Positions 11,833-25,020 are shown, counted from the whole stretch's first letter. The stretch: DNA of 63,490 nucleotides, filler included, from Globobulimina sp. (GCA_003354225.1; 45 parts of 45 records of this genome joined end to end with filler, not necessarily neighbours in it); one strand, 5' to 3'. Notes: generated by a model not told the origin, from the letters alone. Program-made: numbers and translations.

Positions 11833-12543
11833 TTATATATTACGACTTGAAACAAGGTTTGCTTTGGTATAATCATCGACAATTTTTGTTAATAAATTCT
11901 TAAACTGTACAGGTAATTGATTTAATTCTAAATTGATTAAAATACAAATATCCTTAATAATTTGTTCAATATTATAAAACTGTTGTTTTGTTTCTTTGTT
12001 TTTTTTCTTAATTTCCAAGATATTTTTTAATTTTTTATCCATTTCATCCAATATATTTTTCAAATTCTCACATAAAAATATAAATATATAATTCGTATTA
12101 AATTTAAATGCATTCATTTTGAATAATAATTGCGCACAATTTCTATAAATACAATATTTTAAAGCAATTACTTCATAAATTTGTGTTCTTTGCATTTCAT
12201 AATTATTACAAATAATATTCATTATTTTTAAACAATAATTTAAGCATTTTCTGTATCGAAAACAATCCGTTTCATAAATTAATAATTTTAAACAACGAAA
12301 TACAATCATAATACACGACAATTTATGCTCAAAATAGATAGACATTGTTTTATCAAATGGCAATGTGCCAAATATGCCGATAATATCACGTCTATTCTCA
12401 CAATAATCGCAGAGTGATAATATTAAATGGTTTATTAATCGAAACACTTCGTTCTCGCATAATAATGGTAATATTTTACATAACTTAAAGACCAAATCTT
12501 TATTAAATAACTCATACATTTTTATTGTTTCCGATGGCTTCAT
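11833..12543 (-). CDS. Hypothetical alpha-helical protein, C-terminal part
   Basis: 236-codon ORF in very AT-rich DNA; no family recognised. Confidence 0.6.
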   Translation of the reverse strand: MKPSETIKMYELFNKDLVFKLCKILPLLCENEVFRLINHLILSLCDYCENRRDIIGIFGTLPFDKTMSIYFEHKLSCIMIVFRCLKLLIYETDCFRYRKCLNYCLKIMNIICNNYEMQRTQIYEVIALKYCIYRNCAQLLFKMNAFKFNTNYIFIFLCENLKNILDEMDKKLKNILEIKKKNKETKQQFYNIEQIIKDICILINLELNQLPVQFKNLLTKIVDDYTKANLVSSRNI

Positions 12544-12767
12544 TTTATAATAATTTATAATTAAACATATTATTAACTCACAACATCCATCATCAATTAC
12601 TGCAATATCTAAAAAATTAATATTATANNNNNNNNNNNNNNNNNNNNNNNNNNNNNNNNNNNNNNNNNNNNTTAATTAATTAANNNNNNNNNNNNNNNNN
12701 NNNNNNNNNNNNNNNNNNNNNNNNNNNTTGGTTCTCTATTTGAAACGTTTATATTCTCGGAATTTGA

Positions 12768-14041
12768 TTCTGTTATTATATATTAGCAATATCTCCGGAG
12801 CTCGCGACTAAGGTCTCCAAATTACAGCAACTTCACAGCGAGGGCTCGAAGTACCGGAATGCTTTAAATATTGATGCATTTGAGAAATACTTGAAAAATA
12901 AAAAGAATGGAAAAGTTGAATTACAATTTATTAAAAATGGATTTCCGTTATGGCTAAAAACGTTCAATAAACAGGAAAATCCATCCAATTTATCAAAATA
13001 TATATATAACAGAGCAAATTCTTTACGTGAAGCGATTGCAATTGTCGATAAAATAATTTCCGAATGCGAGAATGGCCAAATTGAGCCCATTTCCTATGAT
13101 CCTAAATATGTCATCATGATATTTGCCGTCCCAAAGAAAGACCATTTTGGTTTCTATACGAAAGTCCGTGTGATTCGCAACGGTTCCTTCCTTACCATAA
13201 ATACCACAGCAATCAATCAATGGATCCGGAAAGAAAAATGTGCCATGATTGATCTCCCAAATTTGAAGGATTATGCCCAACTATTCCATGATAAGAAATA
13301 TTTTGCTTTGCGTGATTTGGCTGATTTTTTTAGACAAATTGGTTTACCTGAAATCGACTCCGATTTTCTGGGATACTCCTTATTCGGCCTTCGGTTCAGA
13401 GACAGAAAACAGCCCTACGGAGTATCATCAGCTCCTGCAAACTGTCAGTATTTTGCCACATTGTTAATTTGGATCATTAATAATTGCAAATTGCATATCA
13501 AATATCCCCATTTATTAAATTCAATTCGTGTCCACGTAGATGATTTTACCATGGCCACCAAAACCAAACGAGATTGCCTTTTAATGGAACAAATCTTTGA
13601 CGATCTGTTTAAAGAGTTAAATGTGACCGTTTCTCACGGCAAATCTGTCACTGTCTGCCAGGAATCAGTCGTTCACGGCATCCAATGGAATCTGCATAAC
13701 CAAACTGCACAAATCCCACATAAAACGTTTTTACAATTGCAGAAATTTATAACTTGGGTCATCCAATATCGCGTAGTCTCCGGTCGGGCCTTAGAGTCTT
13801 TAACCGTCAAAATAATGCATTGGAGCCAATTGAATCCAAATACAAAGGCTTTAGTGTATAATTCCATATATTATATTCATCAAAGTATACGAAATGGCAA
13901 TATTAAGAAAACGGATTGGGTCATCCTTCCGCTTTCGATAATTAATGACCTAAAATTTTGGTTGAAATACGCGTATTATATCCGTTCCGTTCCTATAATT
14001 AATTTAATCAAAAAGCCATCCATCAATATTTATGCAGCAAC
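12768..14041 (+). mobile_element. Reverse transcriptase (into RNase H start) of a DIRS-like tyrosine-recombinase retrotransposon
   Basis: IKNGFPL, FAVPKK, KVRVI, DLADFFRQI, QPYGVSSAP, HVDDF, DLKFW. Layout matches DIRS/Ngaro-type RTs. Confidence 0.85.
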
Positions 14042-14283
14042 NNNNNNNNNNNNNNNNNNNNNNNNNNNNNNNNNNNNNNNNNNNNTTAATTAATTAANNN
14101 NNNNNNNNNNNNNNNNNNNNNNNNNNNNNNNNNNNNNNNNNACCTTTTTTTCTAACTCAGGTTGAGATGCCGTGGATTTTAACGGAACTTGCAATTGGAA
14201 TCTGTTGTCGTTGTTCATGTTTTTCATTGTTTTTCAAGAAAAGTTTTACTTCTGACATCATCAAAAAACTTCAATTAATTAAA

Positions 14284-15455
14284 TTAGTGCTCACTAAACT
14301 GATTACAATAAGATTCCCAGATTTGCCATATATTTGTGACCAAAGTATAATGTGTTGTTCCTAAGATTTTTCTCAATTTACACTGATTAGAAACATTTCG
14401 ATAAAAAGATTCGAACGAATATATTGGTTGATCATTATTCATCAATGTCTCACAATAATACTTCAATATTTCTTCATCAAACACTATATTTCCTAACCAA
14501 TCTTTAAATTGTTGGTTTTCAATAATCATATATTTATCAATTGCGTTCATAATAATTTCAGAATGTCCATCATTTCTTATTCCAATTTCCTTCAATTTTA
14601 ATGAATACATTGAAAACAACGACATTATATTATTCAGTTTATGTTCTATAAAACATTGCTGATACGTTTGGAATGCATCATCAATTAAAAAAAATTCTGC
14701 CTTGTCATGCCAAAAGATTTCAAATTCCTTTTCCGTTCCGGTTGGTACATATCGTGTGAAGACTCTTTGCTTGCGACCATTCAAAATATACTTATTAGCA
14801 GTCTGTGATACATAATATGCATCAAAAAATTTATAATATCTATATGTGGCGTGCTCATTTCCTGGATTAATCTTCAAACATTCTACTAAATGATATTTAA
14901 ATGCATTTATATCATTCAAACACAAATAATTCAAAGCCAACATATAATGATTCATATCACTATGCGGCCAAAGTTTCACTGCCATCGACAACTCTTTTCC
15001 CGCTTCTTTATATCTCCCCATTTCATACAAACATGTCCCATATCGATAGTGCGAAGTATCAAATGTCGGATCAATGAGAACCGCTTTTTTAAAATAATAT
15101 TCTGCATTCTCGAAATCACGCAATCTCAACAACGTACGGCCAATTCCAATATTAGATTTTATTGATATTGGACTGATTTTAAGAGCGCGTTGGAATATTT
15201 CTATTGCTTCGTTTTCTCGTCTTTGGCCCATCAAAAAATATCCATAATTTAGTAGTGATGTGGTGTTTCTTCCCCACGTTGATCTTTTATAATATTTCTC
15301 AGCTTCCTTTTTTTTGCCCATTGATGAAACACACATTGCTTTTTTTGAGTTTAAGTCAGAATCTAACGGCTCAATTTCCAGTAAAAGGCTGACGATTTCA
15401 TGCACAGTCCATATCTCGTATTTTGCTCCAAAACAACCAAGTAATTTATATTTGG
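14284..15455 (-). CDS. TPR-repeat protein with C-terminal SAM-like region, 5'-truncated
   Basis: Successive TPRs (EAIEIFQRALKISP, AEYYFKKAVLIDP, LKINP); LKEIGIRNDGH..I is SAM-like. Confidence 0.85.
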
Positions 15456-15787
15456 NNNNNNNNNNNNNNNNNNNNNNNNNNNNNNNNNNNNNNNNNNNNT
15501 TAATTAATTAANNNNNNNNNNNNNNNNNNNNNNNNNNNNNNNNNNNNNNNNNNNNGGCAGGGGGAAGCAATCTCTGGTGTGTTCCCTGGTCGGGCTACCC
15601 TTGCTTGCCGAGGGTTGCCCCAAATAGCCCCCCCTTTTTTGGGGGGGCACCCCAGTGGCTGTTTCCCTGTTCCGGGTTTGGCGGGTTTTGCACTCCCTTC
15701 GGTCAGGAGCCAGCGTCCCCCCCGACACAACAGACTCGACTGGCGCGACTGGCGCAACCGGTGAACCCCCTCCGATGCCCTTCTCAC

Positions 15788-16384
15788 CTCGACTGGCGCA
15801 ACTGGCACGGCGGCCACATTACTTTCATTATCCATTCTCGCTAAATCTAATAACACATTTGCTGCTGCAGCTAATTGTGTGTCTGCAACAGGCACCACTT
15901 GCTCATCACCCTTCTCTTCGGCATCGTGACTGCCATCACTGCCTACTCCAATATCACCATCTCCACCATGTAAAAGTTCATTTAACGCATCCACATCGAT
16001 CTTAACCTCAGCTCCGACCCTTTCTTCACCCCTTACCACTGCTGTTTTGTTCAAAAAATAAATAAATATCAAAAATAAAAGTAAAAAAAAGGGAAAAATA
16101 CCAGGTTGATTTGCATTGTTATTATTATTATTATTGTTATTGTTATTGTTGTCTTCTTCATACCATTCTAATAATACTTTAACATACGGCGCAGTTGCTT
16201 TGTAATAAATTGCCTGATCAGTGATATCTATATCTCTTTGATCGCACATAAACAGGAGACATGGTCTGCTTTTGCCCTTAAACGAATGTTTAGCCCATGG
16301 ATATGCTAGAATTGTCCACGCATTCATCTTTCTCTTCTTTTTTCGTATACTTGGGATATCGATCATGCGGCGACCGATTGACAT
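15788..16384 (-). CDS. Hypothetical protein with poly-Asn tract; in-frame intron 16042-16101
   Basis: 60-bp GT...CAG T-rich intron is read through in the ORF track as GIFPFFLLL...; the 3' part runs into a GC-rich block. Confidence 0.55.
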
Positions 16385-16774
16385 TGCACTTAAATGTTTT
16401 CTAGTGACAATGTTTTTAAATGTTTAATGTTTTTTTTTTAGTCAGTCAGCAACATTTTTACATCATGACAAACCATGACAAACGAGACGTGGATTTTGGT
16501 TAATATGGTGCGGATGCGAGTGAGTAACGAACACAATAACTTATAGTTAAGTTTTGTAATCTGTGAAAAAAACATAAAACAATCTGCGAAAAAAACATAA
16601 AAAACATAAAGGAAATCATAATGGAAATGTTAATGATGTACTTGCTTATACTCGCTTGTACTATTTTGGGTCGAGTACACGAGAGTACATGAGTACATGA
16701 ATGTACTCATGTACGCTTGTACTCCTTTATACTCCTTTGTACTCCTTTATACTCTATATGATATTAAATAAGTA

Positions 16775-16869
16775 GTTATAATCCCTCCAAAAAATGGATT
16801 TATTAATTTAAAAGAAGTATGTATTGGCGAGGTAAATTATAATAAAATAAATTCTATAATAGATATCCG
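16775..16869 (+). pseudogene. Fragment of an F-box/LRR family gene paralogous to 38445..39478
   Basis: VIIPPKNGFINLKEVCIGEVNYNKI versus DIIHPKNGFINLKEVCIYNANYNKI at 39351-39425. Confidence 0.75.
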
Positions 16870-17399
16870 NNNNNNNNNNNNNNNNNNNNNNNNNNNNNNN
16901 NNNNNNNNNNNNNTTAATTAATTAANNNNNNNNNNNNNNNNNNNNNNNNNNNNNNNNNNNNNNNNNNNNTGAAGGAATATATGTTGGGAAATGAAAAATT
17001 TGTTAGCAAAACATGGCTCTCTATTCCGCCTACAGAACAATATGCTTTTAATTATTTATAGATCAAAGTACAACAATGGATTTGTATATAAATAAACACA
17101 ACTTTTTGGGCAATATATTGTTTATGGGTTTATGGACGTTGCCATTTTGCTTGCTTTTTGAGTTGTTGATTGTGTGTGTATTGTAACAATCAGATAGGTT
17201 CTAAAAGGAAAACTGCATCCAGAAGATTCAGAAAGTAAATTAATGTTTTAGCCAATATTTATGCAAAAAAACGGAAACGTTTCTATTTTATTATGTATTT
17301 TTGCAATAAAGTGGCATTTTTTGGAATAAACTAATAATTGTGACAGCAAAAAACAAAATAAACAAAGTATACAAAATACAAAATACACGATAGTTCTAA

Positions 17400-18283
17400 T
17401 TATGGTGCGCTGATACTGGCAATATTTGGTGTAATTGCTGGAGATTGATGAGTTGAATGCGTTTGTTGTTGCCTTTGTTTTAATACATAATGTGGAACAT
17501 TGGACGCAACCCCAATGCCGCCGCGATTGTTTGCTTTAAAATAATGTGGCGACGGAGCGGGCGGATGGACACCTTTGGGACCACGACGACCACCACCACC
17601 ACCATTCGCTGGATTGCGCCATGAATTGCGACTCATATTTCGACGATGCGTCATAGACTTTGATCCTCCATGATATTGATATCCATGATATCCATCGTAG
17701 TGCGACCGCGACTGCGGCTGCGACGAGTTTCGATTTGAAAAACGTTTATTATTTCGATTTGAATGTGAATTTGAATGTGAACGTCGTTCAAAATCAAAGT
17801 GGCCATTATTTGCGTAACCATTATGACTCCATGTATGTGGATGTCGATGTGGATGCGGTGCAGAATGTCGATAATGTATTGGTTGCGAATGTGGAGGATT
17901 TGATGCTAATTTCTCTGTAAATGTTTGCGCCATGGCATCAGCAATAGGCGGAGGCACAATTAACATTGGTGTGCCGGACTGATAATTTGTTAAATAGAAT
18001 TCCATCGCCATTTGTGCGGCATCATCAATGTCACTGTGACTGTGGCTGTGACTGTGACTAATATTTGCAGAATGTTTGGCTGAGCCAATACTTGCATAAG
18101 TCGCTGAATTCAATGCCAAATTAATGGAATTTGGGGATATTAATGAGGATATACCACGTGCTCTATGCATTGATTCTTTCTTTTGATATTTAATATATTC
18201 GTATTGGTGTATTGCTTTTATGCCATCGTAGGCATTCTGACTTGTTCTTCCTTTTGATTTTACAAAATTATTTGCTTGTGATT
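17400..18283 (-). CDS. Disordered His/Ser/Gly/Arg-rich C-terminus of a hypothetical protein
   Basis: Frame open from contig edge to stop at 17400; (SH)n and RGG-like tracts. Confidence 0.7.
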
Positions 18284-18518
18284 NNNNNNNNNNNNNNNNN
18301 NNNNNNNNNNNNNNNNNNNNNNNNNNNTTAATTAATTAANNNNNNNNNNNNNNNNNNNNNNNNNNNNNNNNNNNNNNNNNNNNGAACTTGTGCTGGGTTT
18401 GTTATAATTATGATTCTTATTATTTCTTTATGAGAATATCGTTTACTGTACACACAAACAAAAAAAAAACAAGACAAAAAATGTATTTCTTTCAGTTTAC
18501 TGACATGATAGTTTGAAT

Positions 18519-19696
18519 TTACATGATTTCATTTAACATTGAGGCCATTGCATCAATATCAAGATCACTTTTAGCTTCATTTCTTTTTGAGATATTAGCA
18601 TCCGAATTCGAATCCGAATCCGATTGACGTATCTGTACTTCTGCTGTATCATTTTCATTAATATCATTCTCTTGCAATTGTTCCTCCCGTTCAATGCCAC
18701 TTTCAACTATGTCTTGTACATCAATCTCCTCTGTAATTCCAACTGTTCTCTTTAAATTTTCGTTTTCTTTCCTTAAAAACATATATCCATTTTTTAATTT
18801 ATCAACGTTGTCAATAATTTTATTCAAATCCTTTGCAAATTGCCCATATTGAATTTCTTGTTTTTGTTTTAAACTTAAAAGCTGTTCCATGACTTCCATC
18901 AAATCACCATCCTCTTTATTCTCGTTATAATCCACCATTTGTACGGCCTCATTGCTCAAAATATGATGCTTTTCTAATTCAATTTTATCACCGCCAGCAT
19001 CATCCACATGTTTTATTCCTTTATAAATAAATTTAAATTCGCCTAACAATGCAGGAACTAACAAAATGCCATGAGCCACGGCAATAATAATTATTCCTAA
19101 AAACATATAAAAAAATATACGAAACGACGCTGATTGACTAAACCCCAAAGCAACAACACCTAAAAACGTGGTGAATGCACCTTTAAGGACTGACGTGCCC
19201 ATATCACCCATTGCCACCTTTAGTTTTTCACCATATACAGTATCGTCTATTTCGTGTAAACCAGAGAGAGCATCGGTTATCGCGTGTGTTATATGGATGA
19301 CATAATCGACTGTTAAACCCACAGCCATCACCAACTCTGTATATGACACGACATCTAATGATATGTCAAAGATATACATCCATCCAAATAAATCAATATC
19401 AATCATCACCACAATCAACAGAACGAATAAAGCCATTCTAGCGTCCAATAACAAAACTAAAACAGAAAAGACGCCGATTGCTGCAAAAAACATGTTTTCC
19501 AGAGTGAATTGGAAAATCGTTGCCGTTAAGAAACCAAATCCATGCGCAATTTCAAAAACGAAGGCATTATTTGACCCAAAATGTTCATCACAAACGTCGT
19601 TCCAATGTAAATATTCATAGTAATTTTTAGAATCTGACACCGGACGAAATGCTGATAACAGAAAACGCGTTGCTGCGATTTCTGTTGGATTATGAA
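18519..19696 (-). CDS. Patched/NPC1 family (eukaryotic RND) transporter, C-terminal part
   Basis: LVMAVGLTVDYVIHI, MGTSVLKGAFTTFLGV..L.FSQS..FRIFF.MF...AHGILLVPALL. Confidence 0.93.
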
Positions 19697-19796
19697 NNNN
19701 NNNNNNNNNNNNNNNNNNNNNNNNNNNNNNNNNNNNNNNNTTAATTAATTAANNNNNNNNNNNNNNNNNNNNNNNNNNNNNNNNNNNNNNNNNNNN

Positions 19797-19933
19797 AATG
19801 CATGCCAATAGCTTTTGTATAACAAAAGATAATCTAGAATGTGGTTGGAGTTTAGTGTTACAATGTTGTAATGCATGCCAATAGCTTTTGTATAACAAAA
19901 GATAATCTAGAGAATGTGGTTGGAGTTTAGTGT
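19797..19933. repeat. Tandem duplication of a ~62-bp block
   Basis: AATGCATGCCAATAGCTTTTGTATAACAAAAGATAATCTAG...TGTGGTTGGAGTTTAGTGT occurs at 19797 and again at ~19870. Confidence 0.9.
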
Positions 19934-21209
19934 GTCAAGCCAAATATCGTAATCATTTTCTACAGTAAACAGTGCTTTTGTATTCATTGGCTGTGACCCC
20001 ATTTTGTATGCTTTTTGTACTGAAACCCCCACTCAGATGTAAATATTGTCACTGTATGGTATTCTCATAAAGGAACCCTATATATTATTAAAGAATTATT
20101 GTTGTTTGTATGTTTGTAAAAAGATACGCGTCCAGATGTATTTGGTGCATCATTATTCAGCATTTCAGCAGTCCAGACGTACGCTATGAGGCTCAGATTG
20201 GTTGCAAGTGGCCCGGTCGGAATTAAAATGGCAACAAATTGGTCTACAACGCTAAAGATCTAATGCTGTAGCGCGCAGAGGGGTGTCCAAATTGGCCCAA
20301 AAGAGCTCAGCCAGGCCATCGCACGTATTTGATGCTCGACGGCATTACATAATATTTGTCGGTCTGGTTGAGTGGAATGCAAATTTATTCAGCCAGAGAC
20401 AAGACACCTGGGTGGCCAAAGGGAGGAGTCAAAAGTCAAGATCACGCTGATTGGAGGAAAAGAAATTATTAACCAATGATCATAAATATGACGTGATTTG
20501 GCCATAGGCCTCTGTGCTGTTTTCAGTTGTGTTCACTCTTGGTTTATATAGCGTTATAACTTGCTTGAGCTCTCTGATTTGTGTTACGTCTGTTCTGTTA
20601 TAACTTTCGTATCATAAAATTAATTCAGAAATTTCTTGTTTTCGCTTTTGTTTTTCTAAAACCAAACTTCAATTAACTTTCTAAAACAATAGCCTAGGAC
20701 TGTAATTAGGGACTAATATATATTTTTAGTTGTATTTTCAATCATTTCCTCTGAGCAGCCGGAATTTACTGATAGTTGCCGAAGCGACTATTGTACTTTT
20801 CGACTTTGAGCCAGGACCAACAAGTGGACATCTTGTGTCTTGACAAATTTGGCGACAGCGGCAGGATTTCGGATCGTAGAGGAGAGACCTTTGTGGAGAA
20901 AACTGTCAACCTTGGCTGTTGTATTGCGGTGGAGATTTGCTGTGAAAAAGAAGTGAAATATCGTGATGACTGACGAAGGACGAAAAGTGCCAGAGCGATG
21001 GGATGAGGAGGAGGAGAAAAAGGAAAGTACTGAAGCAGGGAAGAGCACTAGTGGCTTGCACCCTGTTTCGGTGGCTTCGCCTTCGGTGACAGATGATCGG
21101 ATCGTTGAANNNNNNNNNNNNNNNNNNNNNNNNNNNNNNNNNNNNNNNNNNNNTTAATTAATTAANNNNNNNNNNNNNNNNNNNNNNNNNNNNNNNNNNN
21201 NNNNNNNNN

Positions 21210-21685
21210 TTTTTAATTGATTCGCATGCATTTTTATGATATTTCCAGTTTGCTTTTTGACACTTTTGATTGCAATATTTGGCAGTTTTACATCGAGAAC
21301 ACATTAAAAACACTTTGTGTTTCTCGTTAATATTCGATGAGTAACAATTATAGCAATATTTCCTTTCTTTAATAATGGATGGGTCGTAGTTTCGCAGTGA
21401 TGAATAATTAGAATAACAGAATTGTGAATATTTAATGATTTGATTTAAAGGAATTGAGGTTATTCTGTCAGTATTTTTTGCGTCGGAATTTCGGCATTGA
21501 ATTCTGATAAACCCCGAAGCCAAATATTCAAAATCTTGAAATGATAATACTTTGGGACCAGCTTCAAATTCGTATAAAAAATAACTGAGAGGATTCGATG
21601 ACGTAAACCCTGATTTATTATCCAAAACAGACCGTAATGACTTCAAGTTGTGATAACCGAAAACATTCTTTTGCTTTGTTTGCAT
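21210..21685 (-). CDS. MYND-type zinc-finger protein, 3'-truncated
   Basis: CYNC...CSRCKTAKYCNQKCQKANWKYHKNAC. Confidence 0.92.
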
Positions 21686-21732
21686 GCTACAAATAAACGG
21701 TTTTTTTTTTAGAGTCTGTTTTGCATTAAATT

Positions 21733-22522
21733 ATGTCAGCCTGTACCATCGGGATTGGAACTCGCATTAAATTGTTACACCAGAATAAATTGGTTCAGAT
21801 GGTGGTTGTTGACATGAGTCCATCCATATTTTCCTGTCTACTGTGCAATGACGAGTTGAATTTTGAGGTTATTGCAATAAATCGCAAACCTGATTGGATT
21901 AATTTACTCATCAACAAACAACTGAAAATCATTGAATACAAAAACGAGGATCCAGACGCAGTGCTTCCTCGCATCCACCAACAAATAGAACTATATTACA
22001 GAAATAAATGGTGCAACGCAGAGATTATAGATTTGGATCATAATAAAATAAGCATAAAACTGTGGAAATCAATGTTTAAAACCAAAACTGTAGAAATCCA
22101 AAGAACTGACCATTTGCGCTATTTATTGATTGCAAAAAAACTATCACTTAACACATGCCACAAATGGATGAGAGTGGGAGCATCAGTGTGGTGGTATCAC
22201 TCTGGAAACTGCCATCAATGCAAAATCCTAAAATTCAGAGATGGTGCATCCATTACAGTTTGTTATCTTCAATATGGCCAAGATCAAAAACCAAACCGTC
22301 TCTCAATCAAAAAGTTTCAAACAAACAAAGCAGATAATTTTATCAATGTAACTGATGGAATTCTGACGAATGAAAGTTTTCACATATTTGCGCATTTGGA
22401 AAATAAAGCATTGCTTCGACAACTATGGGCAACACAAAAACAAACAAATGCGATCAACAATAAATCAACAAACAAACAAATTGTTCCACATTTGGCTCAG
22501 ACTCAGACAGTTAATACTGAAC
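21733..22522 (+). CDS. Hypothetical protein with tandem Tudor/SH3-like barrels, 3'-truncated
   Basis: Three repeats of I/VG..I.....W....I (IGTRIKLL, IHQQIELYYRNKWCNAEIID, VGASVWWYHSGNCHQCKIL). Confidence 0.55.
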
Positions 22523-22623
22523 NNNNNNNNNNNNNNNNNNNNNNNNNNNNNNNNNNNNNNNNNNNNTTAATTAATTAANNNNNNNNNNNNNNNNNNNNNN
22601 NNNNNNNNNNNNNNNNNNNNNNA

Positions 22624-23935
22624 AAGCTAACAATTAATTTTACAGTATGGGAAGTTGATAAATATCCATATTTAAATGGAAGCAGTTTTACCTTCAATAC
22701 AAACTATGGTGCAATATATGGTAAAGCATTAAATCCATCAAATTGGTATTACTCAACAAATAGAAATGATGGTTCCCTCACAGCACAATGTATATATAAT
22801 TGCAATTTTACGCATGATTTAATAACAGTTGAATACCAACCAAATTTACATGCAAATAGTAAACGGAATGGTAATGAAACAATTCATATTCACACAACAG
22901 ATATGAATGGGATAAGTGGTGATTTTTATTATTTTATGACCGTGCATCCAATGAATGATCCAGTTTCAATAACATGTGATGCAAATATTGTATATGGATA
23001 TGAAGATATTCCTATTTCATTCAATTGGAGTGTATATGATCCAGATATTGATGAAAATAATGGATACTTTGAAATATCGATTGAATCTACAAATGGTACA
23101 TTTTATTTCGATCTCAGTGAAACGCCATCATTTATTCAAAAACAGGGTGACATAACAAAAAATAACTCACTTTTGATTGGTGAAACTACGGGAAATGGTT
23201 CAAGCGTAATATTAAAAGATTTACGATTTATATCAACACCAAATTATTACGGTAATGCAAGTATTATTGTTGTAATTAAAGATCAAGGAAATTATGGCAT
23301 TGATGATACTAATTATTCATCAAATTGTACACAAAATATTATTATCTACCCAGTGAATGATAAACTTACATTTTATGATTCATTGAGTTATACAATTGAT
23401 ATTGTAGAAGATATGGAAAGTTCTATTTCGATGATTCTAATTGATAACGACTCAACAAATGATTATATTTATACAATGATAATAGTATTTGATGGGGAAA
23501 TGAGTAATATATCATTTCCAAATTATAATCCAATAATTAATATATATGGTAATGGTACAACATATATAGTAAATAATTTGAACCATAGCACAATACAATT
23601 ACTGATACAAAATATTTCTATATTTCCGACAAGAAATTATAATGGTTTTATTGAAATGCGTCTAGAAATTATATCTAATGATACATCACAAACAAACCAA
23701 CAGTATGCAATATCCACAGCATCAATAACACATAGATTACATATTCATGCTGTAAACGATGCGCCGATAATATTTGCAACATCTAATTTGACTATAAATG
23801 AAGATGAATGTGGTTATATACAAATTAATGTCAATGATTTAGATGTCAATGAAGAATATGATTCATATTTTACTGCATCAATAACTGCTAGAAATTGTTC
23901 ATTTTCTATGAAAAATATACATGACATTGAATCTT
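22624..23935 (+). CDS. Secreted or surface protein with tandem cadherin-like (Ig/Big_9) repeats, internal fragment
   Basis: Repeat boundaries VHPMNDPV, IYPVNDKL, IHAVNDAP; ED, D.D and P..NY.G motifs; many N-x-S/T sequons. Confidence 0.85.
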
Positions 23936-25020
23936 NNNNNNNNNNNNNNNNNNNNNNNNNNNNNNNNNNNNNNNNNNNNTTAATTAATTAANNNNNNNNN
24001 NNNNNNNNNNNNNNNNNNNNNNNNNNNNNNNNNNNGCTTTTCTGGGCGATTTAAACCGGTTTCAAATAAATTTACAATTGCTCCAAATTTGAGTGCGGCG
24101 GAAGGAACATTAACAGATAAATTATATAAACTCATTCAAGATATTGAAGCAATCACTGTAGATATCTCTGCTGGTTTGCTTGACTGGGAACGTTTCCCTG
24201 TATTTAAAGTTAGTTAGGACTAAAGAAGTACGAAAAACCTTGCTTCAAACATTAATTAAATGGTCACAAGATAGTCAGCTTAAGGGGGAAGTCACAAAGC
24301 TATTAACGATTCTTCACACTACTCCCTTTCAAGCGATAGCTTCATAATTTGAATGTCGATGCTTCAATCAATTAACATAGCTAAATACATTGGATCATTT
24401 ATTCTTAGATTATCCTCATTATAATGCATTAAATATAGATATAATAATTGATTATATTTATATTGTTTTCGAACTCTAAGTATATCGTTTCCGGCATCCG
24501 AATTATTATCAATTATGGACACAATTATGGAAAAAAACGAAAGATTTTAAAAAAATGAAGTGTCGACCAGCGCCAAAACTTCACAACTGTGCCGCGACAT
24601 AAAGCAATAATTTTGCAGCTGACTTAAAACAAAAACTTGATAAAATAAAATGTCAATCATGCTTGACGTTACTTGCGGCAAATTAAAAAGAGAAATTTGT
24701 TTTTATCATTGATCATTTTAACCAATTTAGCAGGTCCAGCAATAAAAGTAAATACAAACATCGTGGTATTTATGTTGATGCTTTTTGGAGTGCTTCAGAT
24801 GATTACCAAAGGTTATGGTAAAAACGAATATTTAATGATTTCCAAAATTCATTGAGATTTCCAAAATTATTTAATATTAAGGTAGTTGTGTACTTAATAT
24901 TGCAGTTTTTTATCGTTTTCGGATTTTGTCAATATTCTCCATAAATGTAGGTCTGATCCACTCCAAACTGTCAGTCCTGACACATTAAATATATACGAAG
25001 ATAATGATATGATTTACTTC

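Noticed and set aside
12728..14041. Bacterial retron, DGR or defence RT
   Set aside because: Motif layout and the following RNase H-like start match DIRS-type retrotransposons; no ncRNA or template/variable repeat pair is seen.
19797..21109. LTR plus gag start of a retrotransposon
   Set aside because: No identifiable PBS, LTR termini or gag motif; only a short acidic ORF at the edge.
24036..24860. Protein-coding gene
   Set aside because: Coding-like texture, but stops in every frame and no recognisable family.
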